Below, one piece after another: positions 48,750 through 63,406 of a DNA stretch of 64,000 nt (position 1 is its first letter; the number at the start of each line of letters is the position of its first letter). Under the pieces are notes generated by a model. It did no database searches and had not been told where the DNA came from. It saw nothing but the letters and a program-made list of their open reading frames with translations. This DNA is from Raillietiella orientalis (lineage: Eukaryota). The position numbers and the translations under genes are program-made. The DNA is taken from the NCBI GenBank assembly GCA_036172245.1, contig JAYWIR010000010.1:1240001-1304000 (forward strand), in the 5' to 3' direction.

Positions 48750-51700
48750 TGTGTCCAAGCAACGCGGTCGAAGTGATGCCATAATAAATCAGCAATCCTG
48801 GATATAATTTTGAATTCAAGGAAGCATTGAAATCATAGTGAATCCAGCAAACTGTTAAAAACGTCCCCGAAAAATGTGCTGGATTTTCAGTGTCTTTTTT
48901 TTTTTTTTTTTTTTAAATTCCAAATATGAAACAAATGGCTAGAAGCAATTGGCAAAAGATAAAATAAATACTTTTCATCAATTTCAAACATGGCAGTTTT
49001 CGTTTGCTATTGACTTCCTAAGGAAACACACTTGAAAACCTAATAAGCGTAGTTTGTTGATATTCTCAAGCTATTCAATATTTTAAAGGATAATTTACAT
49101 AAAATTAAATGGTAGCCCGTCATTTTGGGCACATAAAATAGTAAGACTCCTAAAATCTGTTCTTTCCCAAGTCTTTTTTTTTAAAATAGTGTTACAATGT
49201 AAGCAGTGGATAGGAGGGAAAAAATCATTGTGGATTTTACACAGTAAGAGCTGGATGTGCAAGTTTGGTAATATGTAAGTCATAACTGGCTAGCCCTTAG
49301 ACCAAGAACAGACTGTAATCTGAAAATGCTTCTGTTCTTGCAGCGACACTCTTTTGACTGGAGAGGGAAAGGTCCATTCGAATTCGAAGGTGACCACCAT
49401 CGTACAATATGACAAAGTGGGACAGTTCAGGACGTATCTGCTGATACAAATTTTGTAGTAAGCAAGTCGAGGAATGGAGTGTTGATTAAACCAACAGCTG
49501 CAAGTATGAAATAAGTATGGAAACCGATCAGTTACCTATTCCGAAGGCGTCGAGTTTCTTCCAGGCTTGAATTCGTAAAACTTATGGAAACACATCTAGC
49601 TGTTCATGTGACTGTCGATGACAGTCTGGGTTTAATGATTATGACGAACGCAAAATCTGAAGGTTTTATTCCTCCTGCCTTTATACCCACCATTCCAAAG
49701 GTCACAAAGTAGTTTAAAATACTGCACGATTGCGTTCTTATGTGCTGTCCTAATAGAGCTAAAAATCCGAATTTACAAAAGCACATGTTTTCAAAAGAAA
49801 TTGTATATTACATAGGAAACCATCGAAATTGGGGTTGTAATCACGTATTCACGTTATTTCACGCTACAGACCTATATCTCCTATTAAATAACTATGTATC
49901 TCAGAAAGCTGTTCAAGTTCAAGTTCAAATAATCAATTGCTTGAAACTCGATGAAATCCTGGGCGAGCGTCAAAGAGTGGAACTGCACCTGGGTGTCATT
50001 TTGATATGATGGCAGTCTTCTCTGAGACCATTAGGAGAGCTTAGATTTAATTAATGAGTTTCGAAATTCAAACATTTTCATGCTGACCACGATAACTGTA
50101 AAAACACGATGCCATTACCGCAGGTCAAAATGGATTCAGAGACGCAGTGGCACAAGAAACGCAATCAGCACGAATGCACAAATCACAGGACACTGCATTT
50201 TAATGGATTCGATGTATGCATTGGTTGAACAACAGAATCCTTGATGCTGTTATTCCACAGTGATACGTTTATTACACTCCCTTCAGCAATTGCAGTTCTT
50301 ATCACCGTGAGATTATATCTTTGAGTAAGTGAAGTAAAGCAGAAATTTGATGTAAAAACCTTACATATTGTCAGCTGATCTATTCATGTTTCAGACCGTT
50401 CTCTCATCTTCTTTGGGATGCGACCTGATTTAAGATGGGTAGCAGCTTCAGGCAGTCTCGAATTTCAGAACAAAGTTGAAGGTTCCAACCAAATCTCCGA
50501 TCCTGAACTCTGCAGTGTTTTAATGCAGTTGGAGATGCCCGATCGGCTAATCACGTCGTTTTCCGTCTCCACGTGCATCGAGTCTGTTTGAACAGTTTTT
50601 TTTTCCTGAAGTGCTTTTGGATTCAGAATCCACCAACATTGTGTATGGAGGGAACAAATTCTAAAACAAAGCATGACTCCAATCCGGAAGTGTTTTCGGA
50701 GATGGACTGAAATGGTTCTTTGCTATTTCTTCATCTTTTTCTTTTTTCTTTTTTTTTTTTTAGCAGCCATTACCCATCCATAGGTAAGCAAATCGCAAAG
50801 TTGGCACTCAGACACCAAAGGAACACAAGTGCATGGCGGGTTTATTTTTCTTTGTGAAACTAACACCAAAATCCTTATTTTTTCAATTAAGAAAGTAAGC
50901 AGGGGTGATCGTGACCTTCTCAACCTTATAAGCAAGTTTGATCCTGATGCAAAGATACAAACGATTATTTATAGATAAAAATCTTCCACCCAGGTGGGGG
51001 GGAGACGGACAGAGTGAAGTAAGAAGGATTGACCTGAAGCTAAAGAGTCACTTCTTGTCCTTGCAATGAAACTTGTGTTGTTTTCTTTTCTGCATTTGAA
51101 AACAGGATTTGTGCTGTGTCAAAGGTCAGAAAGTTTATCTCCAGTGAGCGCTTTGCATCGTTTAGCCTTTTGGGGCCTTCAAACGGTAGTCTGTCTATTC
51201 CCACCGAACAGCTTTACCAGCTAAACAGATATTTCCCAAAGAATTGGGGCCAGGAATATCGTTTATCCGTTAAAAGTGCATTTTGCGAATTGTACTGTGT
51301 AGGGGAAACACCAGGAAAAACTCCTCAGACTTTTTTTTTTCTCTTCCAGCGAGGCATCGTAGAGACTCTGACAAGAACTTTCCAGATATTCCTCGAAGGC
51401 TGAAAAGCACAAATGGGGGAAATTACGAAAGATAAGGGGGGGAGGTCAGTTTGACAAGCATTCCCATGTATGTATGTATACATATATATGTGTATATATA
51501 TACATACATAGATAGATATAAAGTCGTGTATCGCAGTTCACGGCCATGAATTGCTATAATTTACTTTCCATGTCAATTTGACCCGCCGAGCACAGTTTTC
51601 GTGACTTTCTTGTAGACATACAAACTGGCACTTTGATGAGTTTTAAGGGTAGACTCTACTTGGTCCCACAGTCCACCTTTTTTTTTTTCTTTTTCCTTTT

Positions 51701-51949
51701 TTTTTTTTTTTTTATGAATGAAACATTTGGCATATTTGTGTATCTGTCTGCATTCATATTGGAAGCCACAGTCTGTGTTGAGTGTTTTGCGGAAATGTGT
51801 TGTGACCACTTTATAAGACGTTTTCCAAGTCAGCTACGGTTAATTTCGTAAGATAAGCACGTGAAGGCGGAATCGGGAAGCGGAGGTAACCGGGAGAGCT
51901 CAGTTTGACTATTCTTTACTGACTCATGTGTTTAAGCATTGGCTGAACC

Positions 51950-54196
51950 ATGAGCAACCAAGTGCCCACCTTTGCCCATGGTGAAATTTCTGAAGCATCA
52001 TGGAAACCCCCTAAAGTATTTGTTGTTGTTCTGGGCGATGTTGGTAGAAGCCCACGAATGCAGTACCATGCCCTGTCCCTTCACAAAAATAAATTCATTG
52101 TACATCTTATTGGATACCAAGAGACCAAACCTCTTTTAGAGATCACGGAATCGGATATTAAATTGCATCCCATCAGGAAGTTCCCCAACATTACAAGTAG
52201 GTTGTGATTGATGAATCGTTTGCTGTAATGGTTACTGTTAAGCTCGTATTTAAATTAAATTTTCGAGTGCAGCTGCCCCAATGCAGTAAAGTTCACGAAT
52301 AATTTATCCCAATTTTAAGCAATCAAATGCACATATACGGAGTGCAGGTAAAGTATGGCCTTATCATACTGGCGGCCTACAAATAATATGGAAATAATAC
52401 TGCATAAGACTTCAAAAGGAGGAAATGCCTGTCGACTTTTAGTGATCATTCCGTTTTCCTTGACTGTAACAGTGAAATGATGAGGATATTGTGAAGCTGT
52501 GCGCCTGTTTCATTGTTTAGCGTACAATCATTCAATTTCTTGATAGTCAACTTATCCAAGCACCATTGTGATGTCCCCAAATGGAATAATTTTTTTTCTA
52601 AATTCGTGTTGTTTCATGATTCCTTGTATTTTTGTAAATGATGCTTCGTTATAATTTTGCGTTTTATTTAATCCAAGAATGTATTTGTAAATTCTGAAAT
52701 CCATCTGAAACTAATTCTAGAAATGTTTATAATATTTTCTTTATGAAAGTGTCGGACTGTATACTAATACCTAGAAATAATTTCAGATGTACCTAACGTA
52801 TTTCTATATTTGATGAAAGCAGTCTGGCTATGTATATCTTTGTTTTTAAGTCTTCTGAGGGCTGGATATCCAGATTTTATTCTTGTACAAAATCCACCAT
52901 CAATTCCTTCCTTACCTGTTTGTTGGTTTTTTTCTTTAATAACAAGGTCTAAGCTAATTATTGATTGGCATAACTATGCACATACTATACTAAAGTTCAA
53001 CAACCAAAAAAATGATTGGCTAGTGCATGTCACAGCTTGGTCTGAGAAAACATTTGGAAGACAAGCTGCAAACAATATGTGTGTGACAAATGGGATGAGA
53101 TCTGATCTCAATAGGAGATGGAGTATTAAGTAAGCTTTCAGTTACTGTTGTTTTGCATGCTACCAAAAATGAGAATGTCTAGTTCTTTAATTCCACTTTT
53201 GTTATTTGTTATACATTTAAGTGTTTTACTGTTCCATTTAAAATACATTCATCTCTGATGTGGCAGTCTGTAAAAGCATGTTGTTTTAATTTTCAGTTTA
53301 TTTTAGAGCTATCACTTATTTTGATCGACCTCTTAAAGTTTTACACAAGTTATCTTCCGAGGAGATTCACAATGTCTTCTTGAAACTTTCATTATTGTAT
53401 CCTAGTGTTTTTGGTTCAGCAACTGATTCAGAAACACAGTTCACTGAAATGTTGAATGATGGTACATGTAGAAAGAAATTAAAAAGGCCTGGTCTTCTTG
53501 TATCAAGTACCAGTTGGTCAGAAGATGAAGATTTCAGCTTATTAATAAATGCTTTAGATGGTAGTGTTCACTGTGTTTTCTTCAAAAATTCTGTACAGGA
53601 TCTTTCAGAATATGAAAAAGCTGCCAGAATAAGGTATAACACATATCCTAAACTAATTTGTGTAGTTACAGGGAAAGGCCCTAAGAAAGCCTTTTATTTT
53701 GATCAGATCATTCAAAAAAACTGGAAGTATGTAGTTTTTTGTGCACCATGGCTAGAAACATCTATGTATTACAATTTACTAGGTATTCATTTGTTATTAC
53801 TATTGACAATTTAGCATTATTTTTAGCTGTGGCTGATCTTGGTGTTTGTTTACATATGTCCACTAGTGGGTTGGATTTACCGATGAAAATTGTGGACATG
53901 TTTGCTTGTCAGTTACCTGTATGTGCCTTTAGCTACCCATGGTAAATTCTTTCTTCTACTAACTGATGGCTAGTCTTATTTTCAGCATAGGGGAGCTTGT
54001 TCATGATGGCGAACATGGTTTTTTGTTTCAAACTTGGAAGGACCTTAGCAAACAGTTATTAAATTGGTTTATGGAATTCCCAAATAATTCTGAACAAAAC
54101 AGTGCCAGTGATCATATTAAAAGTAATCTAATTCAGTTTGGCCAGGAGCAGTGGGATGAAAGATGGAATTCTATTGTTTTGCCTATCTTTCATTAG
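51950..54196 (+). CDS. ALG1: Chitobiosyldiphosphodolichol beta-1,4-mannosyltransferase; exons 51950-52196, 52787-53129, 53307-53560, 53609-53782, 53827-53941, 53986-54196
   Basis: [94 protein letters not shown] introns in phase. Confidence 0.97.
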
Positions 54197-54503
54197 TTAT
54201 GTACTGGCTACCAGTTTTGAACAAAATTTAAAAATTGACTATTGATTTTCTAAAATCAAAGCATGAAGGATGACAAATTTGCTATAATTGTATTGAATGC
54301 TCTTTTGTTCATCATGACGGAAAATATCAAATGATATTAAATGTGTGTTAATTAATTTTCAAGTTTTAATATTTTCTTGAGTACCTCTTAGTGAACTTTG
54401 ACTAACAAAAAAGTTTGTGCTTTTACATAAGTGACTTATTTATTTTCTAGATGACTTGATTATCATTAATGAGAGTAAAGTACTGCAAGTATTTGCATTG
54501 AGT

Positions 54504-54509
54504 AATAAA
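54504..54509 (+). promoter_or_regulatory. AATAAA polyadenylation signal, probably of ALG1
   Basis: Canonical hexamer ~310 nt after the ALG1 stop and ~95 nt before the BTAF1 ATG. Confidence 0.5.
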
Positions 54510-54602
54510 AATTTTGACTTAATGGTCTGACTATATGATAAACTTCATTTCTTTGAATGAAAAATCTTTTGTATTTTCTTGGAGAACCAAAGCAGCTTGC
54601 AA

Positions 54603-57600
54603 ATGGCAAGCAGGTACGTGTTATATGTGCCTAGGATGAGCTTATTTTAAGAAAATAATAAAGATTGGATCGCTTGTTTTCTCTGTTGGAAAGTGGTTCT
54701 TCTCCTGTAACAAGAAGGGCTGCAGCACAACAATTAGGGCAAGTGCAGAAACTTCATCCTCAAGATTTGCATTTGCTTCTTTTTCGTGTGCTCCATTGTT
54801 TGCGTAGTTCAACATGGGAAACACGCATAGCAGCAAGCCAAGCTGTGGAGGCTATTCTATCTTTTGTTCCAAAGTGGGATCCCGTTCCAGTTGTTTGTAC
54901 TGCAAAGATCGGTTTGTTACCTCACGATGAAAAAGTTTCGACATTAATTTGTCTTTAGAGAATTTTGACAGTGATTTGTGCGCCTGTAAACTAAAACTCA
55001 CCAATTTTGATCTAATACATGTACTCAGTCAAGGTCAAAAATTAGTTGCAGCTGATATTTCACAGTATGAGGTTGAAGGATTCAGAGGTAATGAACGTGA
55101 TTGTGTTAATCAATTTTTCTCCGGTGATATTACAGATTCTAAAGAAAACCTTAGTAAGCAAAAGGCAGATGTTAGTAAACATTTAGGACTTGATCTAACT
55201 GAGCACTTGGGAATGAATGCTGCCAACATTCTCACTACTGAAGATTTATTATCAGTTAGAGAAGTTGAAAGTGATACCAATAAACTTGTGAGATTTAGAA
55301 TTTTGTAGTAGTTCTAAAATGAGGCCTTTGCAGATTCCAATTAGCGAACTTCTGTATAAAAAAATGGATCAAACAAGGAAAAAAACTTGGCTTTCAGTTA
55401 AGCAGCAATCCTTCAACTGCTACAGTAGTTCAGATGTTGATGATCCCAGTCCATCAAAAAAATATAAATCAGAAGATGATATGTCATGTAAAGTTCTGGA
55501 AAGAAATTGGAGAGAATTGGAGCCACAGGTTTATAATACATTAGCCTTTGCTTTTTTAAATTAGGGTTGTACAGGCAGGAGAATGGCCTTTAGGAGGATT
55601 TTGTGAAGAGTTGTGTTGGGACCTGTTTTCACCTATATGGGAAGTGAGACATGGTGCAGCCATAGCTTTACGTGAAGTACTCAGGGAACATGGGGAGAGC
55701 TCAGGGAAGAAGGAAGAGCTTACTATTGCAGAAGTTAGTTTCCAAATCCAAAAACCAAACATGAACTATTTAATTTGATGCAATTTGAACTAGTCATTAT
55801 TCATAGGAGTATTTCTTGCAGCATGCCTTCTTTGGCATTCTTTTTTGCAGATGGAATTTGCCCATCAGAGTTGGCTTGAAGATGTTGCTGTCCGATTACT
55901 ATGTGTACTAGCCTTGGATCGTTTTGGAGATTTTGTGTCCGACCAGGTTGTTGCCCCAGTGAGAGAATCTTCTGCACAAGCCTTGGGTTGGATTTTTAAT
56001 CTATTCAGCACTTTGTAGCAATCAATTTTATCTTGTAGGTTGGGTTGTGAAATACTTGAGCACAGAGAAAGTAAAAATTCTGATGACCATATTATTACAA
56101 ATATTGGATCAGAAAGAATGGGAACCACGTCATGGAGGTCTCCTAGGTATAAAGTATATCCTAGCAGTTAGAGAGGTTTGTTCATAAAATTTGTTGATGC
56201 AATGTTTGTTTGAGAGTAGTAGTTTTATGTTCTGAACTCTGAGATTTTTTTTTGTTGCTGTTATATTCTTGTTGCTTTTTTTCCTGATATTTACCTATAT
56301 TTTCTTATCATTCGCGTATTCATTTTCGTTTGTGTTATGTTATTTGTAATTCTTCAAATGTTTATCGTATGTTTGATAGTCCAAAACACGTATTGTTTTG
56401 CGTCGTTTTTATAAGTTGTTCCATGAATAATGGTTTTAAGTACTTTGGATGTTCCATATTTAAGTATACAGTATTTTAAACAATCTGTTTTTTGATTCTT
56501 CTAGAAACCTTTTATCTTTATATTTTCAATTTTTTCTTTGCTGCAAAGTGCGTTATATTCTGTAAATTAGTCTAATTTGGAGCTTCTTATAAATGCCATC
56601 CCCTCACCTAATTTGTAGCCTAATACCTCAAAACTTTTTGCATGTTTTAGTTTTAACTCTGAATTGAATCATAAAATTGTGGAATTAGCAGTCTAAAATT
56701 TTTAGCTTAATAAGATTTATTTACATTGAGCAGAATAATGCTTCAACATTTGCATTGGAAGCAGCAGTTGTGCTTTACAGGATTTGGTTGCTGACCTGGT
56801 TCCTATGTCATTCTCCAAGCTCTTCCATAGTTTATCTGATTCTGTTGATGATGTAGCTGCTGTGGCTGCCTCTGCCTTGATTCCTGTGAGCTCAGTATTG
56901 CCTTTGCTGGTTCCAGAGGGTGTTATGAATACGCTTAACAAACTCTGGGAATCTCTCTTGGATTTGGATGAATTGACAGGTTCAACCAAGAGCATAATGG
57001 GTTTATTATCTTCCTTATTCGCTTCAACACCAATGGCACAATTCAGGTCTGTTTTTTAATGCTTAAGAAGCTGAAAATTTTAGTAATTGTAGCATGTCTC
57101 AGCCAGCAGCCCTTTTACCAAGTCGTCTTTGGCCTTTTTTGTATCATTCATCCTCATCTGTGAGGAAAGCAGCCCTTGAAACATTGATTACTCTGTCTTC
57201 TCATCCAGAATCGGGTTACTCCTTAGAGCATTTGTTTCAAGCCACTCTTCAGCACATGTTTCAAAGGGCACTAATAGAACCAAAGTATGAAGTAGCTCAA
57301 CTGACATACACAGTAGGTGTACAAATCATGTAAATTTGTGTACAATGCAGATATGTAATAGTGCATTAATAGGTATTTCGGAATTGCATAACACGTTCTC
57401 ATCCAAATTTGGTTTGGTCTGTTGCACCACAGATTAGCAGTTGGTTGTGTCTTCTAGTCACCCCAACAAAAATGGCCCTCGATAATAACTTGCTGTTATT
57501 GAATTCATGTCAAGTAGGACTTAATTTACAGGAAAACTTGCATAGTTTTGCTCTGTAGTTATCAGCATCTAATCAGCATTCAGATGTCAATCAGACTTCT

Positions 57601-60600
57601 GATGTACTTTTCTATTTGGGCTCGAATACCACTGCTCTTGACAATGAAGGAAATCAGGAAAGATTAGCATATAGAGCTCGCCTGATGGGTGCTAAATTGC
57701 TTGGCTTATTCAGTGTTTTTCTTACGAAGCAATCCACTAAAGAGCAATTAGAAACCTATGGGAAACTGTTGTTAGCCTATATTGAATCCAAGAATGCCTT
57801 GCATCGGCAGGTTGTAAGCTTGGTCCTTTGTGAATGGGCTAAACAGCTTCAAGAAATGGAATCAAACCAGAGTCCTTGTTTACCAGAAATATTTATTCAG
57901 GGGCTGCATCAGACTGTTGTTCAGAATGTGTACTATGATGAAATTGCTTTGTTATTTACTCGTTTGCAAGTAAGAGAATTGTTTTTATGTTACACTGCTA
58001 TCCTAAGGATGTTAGGCATTTGTGCGTGATGTTTTTGCTCTTGCCCGGCATTATCAAGTAGCATTTGATGTAGAAAGAAAAAGTAATTCAGTATATACTC
58101 TCGAGCAAATAGCCAATTTTTGCCAAGAGATAGATTCCATTATTAAAAATTTACCACGTTCTAAGACTAAAGTAGCAGAGATTTTCATTCAAAGAAGAAA
58201 AGAGTTGTGGGAACTTAATCATCAAGCACAGACGGAACATTCAAATCTGCACCTAATGTATGTATTGTTGATAAAACCAGAAGTCTTGAACATTAAAAGA
58301 CGTAAACCACAGAACTCAGGCATGTCTTGCGGCAGCAATAGTCTGTATTGGTTGCTTGCCTGAAAAGCTGAATCCTGTTATTAAGCCATTGATGGATTTT
58401 TTGCAGAAAGAAGAATCTGATGAGCTGCAAGTAAATGAAGTTTTATTTGAACCAATAGGCCTGTATTCTTTTTACTTTTAGCATCTTTCTGCACGTTGTT
58501 TGGCTCAGCTAATGGTTCAGTGCACTGATAGATCACCATGCCCCAATTCTAAAATAATTCGTAATCTTTGTGTCTTGCTCTTTTTGGATCCAGATTTGAT
58601 ACATTTAATAGACAGCATATCCACATCTTCAGATCTCAAGGAAACTAGCATCAATCAAGTTAATTCTGCAAATACAGAATGTTTACAGCAGGGTATATGG
58701 ATTCTTCATAGAATGGAGGTACATATATTCTACATGTGCACAGCATATAATTTCGTATCCGATAGATGCAAGATAAACCTCTTTCTCGTCGAAATAAAGC
58801 TTCCAGCAAGATATTAATATGCAATGACCAAGGAAAAGAGGTTGGAAAGTTTGTTTGGTACTAGTTACCAGAAAAGAATTTTCCTGTAGGTTGCCAATAG
58901 CAACAATAAGTTGCAAGGAGTGGAGTTAGGTTTGCAGAATATTTGCCAGCAATTTGGGCCTCAACTTCCTCAACAGCTGCCTTCTTTGTGGAATTTGTTA
59001 ATTCATGTTGGTGATGTACATTCAGGTACATTAATGTGCACTTCCAAGGAGGATCTTCAAAACGAGCCTAATGCCAAGATTAAAGCACTGATTCAAAATT
59101 TGAAATTATTCGAGGTTACATGCGTTTGGCTACATAAGGATTTGTATCCTCAGGTAGAACTTGCTGCTAGACAGGCTTCATTATTATTCAGTTTTTAGCT
59201 CACTCCTGTGCTTCAACAAATAGTTAGTTTACTTGCACATCCTTTGAGTGCAGTGCGTCATATGGCAGCACGAGCTTTGGCGGCAGCTAGCAGTATAATG
59301 ATTCAGCAAGTGATGGTTTTGATTGTGGAGCATGTGCTTCCATGGTTGGGATGCTCAGACTCTGATGTGAAGAGACAAGGTGCTATTGAAGCTCTGTTTT
59401 ATTTATTGCAAGTCCTATCTATACGGATAGTACCCTATATTGTTCTCTTGATTGTTCCTGTGCTTGGTAAGCTAATCGCCACTGCTTTTCTGGGTTGAAG
59501 AGAAATTTTTCATTTCTTTTAGGGTGCATTAGTGATTGTGATGCCCATGTTCGCATGCTTGCATCTCAATGCTTTGGAACTCTTGTACGTCTTATGCCAT
59601 TAGATGGAGCTACTGCTGATCCTCCAGAGCTTTCCCCTGCAATGCTAGCCCAAAAAGATAAACAGCAGCATTTTCTTGATCAATTGTTTAACATGAAACC
59701 TATGGAAAATTATGAAATCCCGGTACCAGTGAATGCTGAACTACGTCGATATCAAAGAGAAGGAGTTAATTGGCTAGCATTTTTAAACAGATATCAGCTT
59801 CATGGCATACTTTGTGATGATATGGGTTTAGGAAAAACATTACAATCATTGTGCATATTGGCTGGTGATCATCATCAAAGGCAGCTAGAGTATGAAAGGA
59901 CATTTGCAGAATCCAGTGCTCCTTTACCATCATTGGTCATTTGCCCACCTACTCTAGTGGCTCACTGGATATATGAAGTAGAAAAATTTGTGGAGAGTCG
60001 ATATTTCCGTGCTGTATTATATGCAGGCTCCCCACCAGAAAGACAGAGGTGCAGTGTGGTGATCTACTTGCACTATGTTGACATCAAATTCCAGGCTGTG
60101 GGAAAAACTGGACCAGTACAATCTTGTTGTGGCCTCATATGATATTGTGCGCAATGATATTCAGTATTTTTCTAGTAAGCGTTGGAACTATTGCATTCTT
60201 GATGAAGGTCATGTGATCAAGAATGGAAAGACAAAGGTCAGACCAGTCATGTCATGCTCATGAGCTTTGATATTTTCATTATCTAGATGTCTAAAGCCAT
60301 CAAAAGTGTTGTAGCCCACCATCGAATTATTTTATCAGGAACTCCTGTTCAAAATAATGTGCTTGAACTGTGGTCCTTATTTGATTTTTTGATGCCAGGC
60401 TACTTAGGAACTGAGCAGCAGTTCAATCAGAATTACAGCAAGCCCATTCTCCAAAGTCGCGATGCCAAATCTTGTTCACGGGAGCAGGAACTTGGAGCTC
60501 TGGCTTTAGAAGCTCTTCATCGGCAAGTTTTGCCATTTCTACTTAGACGAGTGAAGGAACAAGTTTTGGAAGATTTGCCTCCAAAAATTACTCAAGACTA

Positions 60601-61735
60601 TTATTGTGATCTGAGTTCTCTTCAGGAGCGATTATACGAGGATTTTTCCAAAAGTCAATCTTTACAAGCTTTTGAATATGAAGATAGTCGTTCTTCTCAG
60701 AAAGGGATGCATATATTTCAGGCTTTGCAATATTTACGCAAGGTGTGCAATCATCCCAAGTTGGTACTGACTCCCACACATCCACAATATCAACAAGTGA
60801 CATCTGAACTAAATGCCGCTAAATGTCCTTTGTCAAATATTGAACATTCCAGCAAACTTTTGGCACTTAAACAGCTTCTCCTTGATTGTAACATAGGTGT
60901 CCAAACAGAATTAGGAGAACCTGATATTGTAAGCCAGCACCGGGTATTGATTTTCTGTCAGTTGAAGGCCATGCTGGATATAATTGAGTGGGATTTATTT
61001 AAGTGAGTAGTGGCATGTCCAAGCCATCACTTGTATTCTTAGGATACATATGCCAACAGTAACTTATCTGAGATTGGATGGTAGTGTTCCAGCTAGTCAA
61101 CGGTTTGAAGTTGTTTCACATTTCAATGAAGACCCATCCATTGATGTTCTCTTATTGACTACTCAAGTTGGTGGATTGGGACTAAATCTAATAGGTGCTG
61201 ACACAGTTAGTTTCTTAGCTGTTTTTATAGCTCTTAATAACAATTCCCATGTTACTTAAAAGGTGATTTTTGTTGAACATGATTGGAATCCCATGAAGGA
61301 TCTGCAAGCCATGGATAGGGCTCATCGTATTGGCCAACGTAAAGTTGTGAATGTGTATCGCCTTATAACAAAAGGCACTTTGGAAGAGAAAATTATGAGG
61401 TACAACAAACAAATCCTATGTATTGTTAATTTGTTTTCAGCCTGCAAAAATTTAAAATGGGAACTGCCAACAGTATTATTAATGTAGAAAATTCAAGCAT
61501 TACTAGCATGGGCACAGAACAGGTAGGTGCTTCTTACATATAGTTTCGACTGATTGCCTTTTAGCTTCTTGATTTGTTTTCTTTGGATCGTGAGAAACTT
61601 AACTGTGAAGCATCCAAAAAATCCAACCACGTAAAGGACATCCTGGATGCTTTACCAGAACTTTGGGATGAAGAGCAGTATGAAGAATTTGATCTTAATA
61701 CATTTATGGACAGTGTTAAACATACATGCACCTAA
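54603..61735 (+). CDS. BTAF1: TATA-binding protein-associated factor 172 / Mot1 (HEAT repeats plus Snf2 ATPase), more than 20 exons
   Basis: N-terminus [80 protein letters not shown]. Helicase motifs [46 protein letters not shown]-terminus [15 protein letters not shown]; stop TAA at 61733-61735. Confidence 0.98.
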
Positions 61736-63081
61736 ATTTTATAAAAATAAAAAAAAATATTTCTAAATTTTGTTTGCTTCAGTTGTAGAATTTCCTTCTG
61801 TATTAATATTTTTACCTTATGAGGGTGCAGCATTAATTAATCAAAGTGCCAATTAGATTATAGGTGCGTGTGTGAACAAGAAAATGTGCACGGAATTCCA
61901 ATTTCAGTGCAACTTCAAATCCCACACTTCATGCACTTTATCGCACGCTAGTAATTTGCGATTACCAAATTCAAACAGACGAGACTCATGGGATTATTTA
62001 CATTTCCGGTGTAGCATTAAAATGAACTGTGCGGGAAAGAGTTTTTCGAAAATAATCCAATGGGCACTCCTTAAGAGAGATGCTAATCAGAAAAGGCATC
62101 ACCATTAAGGGGCATATCAAGTGTGTACGAAATTTCGAAACGTGCGCTGGGAATCCTCTTACCAGGTACATTACCCTTCAAAATACGAAAATTGCTTGCG
62201 AAGCAGCAAGTCTGCTTCAATGCTTATGTATTCACTCCTATTTAGCGCAGTGTTAAACTCCATGAACGTTTCCAATGCAAACATGCGGTAATGCACCATT
62301 GCTCACAATCATTTCTCCAAATAAGTAACTAGTGGCAGTAACAAACGATGAAAAGGCATTATGAACTCCTTAGGTTTCCAAATTACGAATAAATTCCATA
62401 GAAATCAAATTTAAAAAAGGACTGCAGTGTTTACAACTACCATAACATGCAAACGAAAGCGCTCAGTGAATCCAACTCAACCTCCATGGCCAAAGGCTTC
62501 TACGCTTGACTTCTTCAAACAACCGTTTATCCACAACAGTTGTGCATCCAAGTTCCAATCCATATGCACGATATACAATTCAAATGGTGTCACATAGATG
62601 CCTTCAAACAATCCCTGAAACGAGCTTTTGGATCAGGGAATCCTTTTCGTTCGAATAGGTGGCCCCTTCGCGAGCGCCCCATCCACTTGGCAGGCATGAC
62701 GCCTGCCTGCCTGCCTCCTTTCGCCAGATCGGAGCGCGGACGCATTTCCAAGAGACGGCCGTTCGGTGCGTCCACCGCCTGCCCACCCCCCCGGGGGGGG
62801 GGGGGGGACACGAACGTCCTTCGAGGGGTCCTCGATCGCAGGACGCTGTTTCGAGGAGACGCATCCACTGCGTCCGGCGCGCGACGGACGCTCGTCAGGT
62901 GGGGGAAGCGTGGAAAGCCACAAGCAATCATCGGCGGCGGAAGGGACTGTTTGTCTTTGCCGCAGCTGCCCTCACGCTTGCAAGAATCCTCCACCGCTCT
63001 CAGTATGCATTCTTCGTGGACGGCACGCGGAACGGGTCGGCAAACGGTGCTGCCGCAGCGCGCCCACTCGTTCGTCTCACG

Positions 63082-63406
63082 ATGTACCTGCAGCTGTGTG
63101 TAGTGGCTTTCGTCTCGTTCCTCATTGCCTACTTCGTCAAGAGGTGCAAAGCGAAGGCGGGCAGCGCCCCGCTTCCTCGGAAGTACTACATCTGCATCAC
63201 CGGATGCGATTCCGGGATAGGAAAAGTCTTAGCTCAGCACCTGGCCGACGGCAGAACGCACGTGTTTGCAGCCTGCTTGCACGACGCGCACGAAGGCTGC
63301 TGGCAAGGAGGACACAACATCACCAGGATCCGCATGGACGTCACCGATCCCGTTTCCGTCGACGACGCTTTTCAACTGATCGCAAAACGACTGGATGAAA
63401 CGAAAG
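63082..63406 (+). CDS. First coding exon of a short-chain dehydrogenase/reductase, SDR9C type (RDH/17-beta-HSD/BDH1-like); gene continues beyond the window
   Basis: MYLQLCVVAFVSFLIAYFV (membrane anchor), YICITGCDSGIG (Rossmann TGxxxGxG), HVFAACL, MDVTDPVSV. Putative phase-1 donor at 63407. Missing from the ORF track because the frame has no stop before the window end. Confidence 0.9.
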
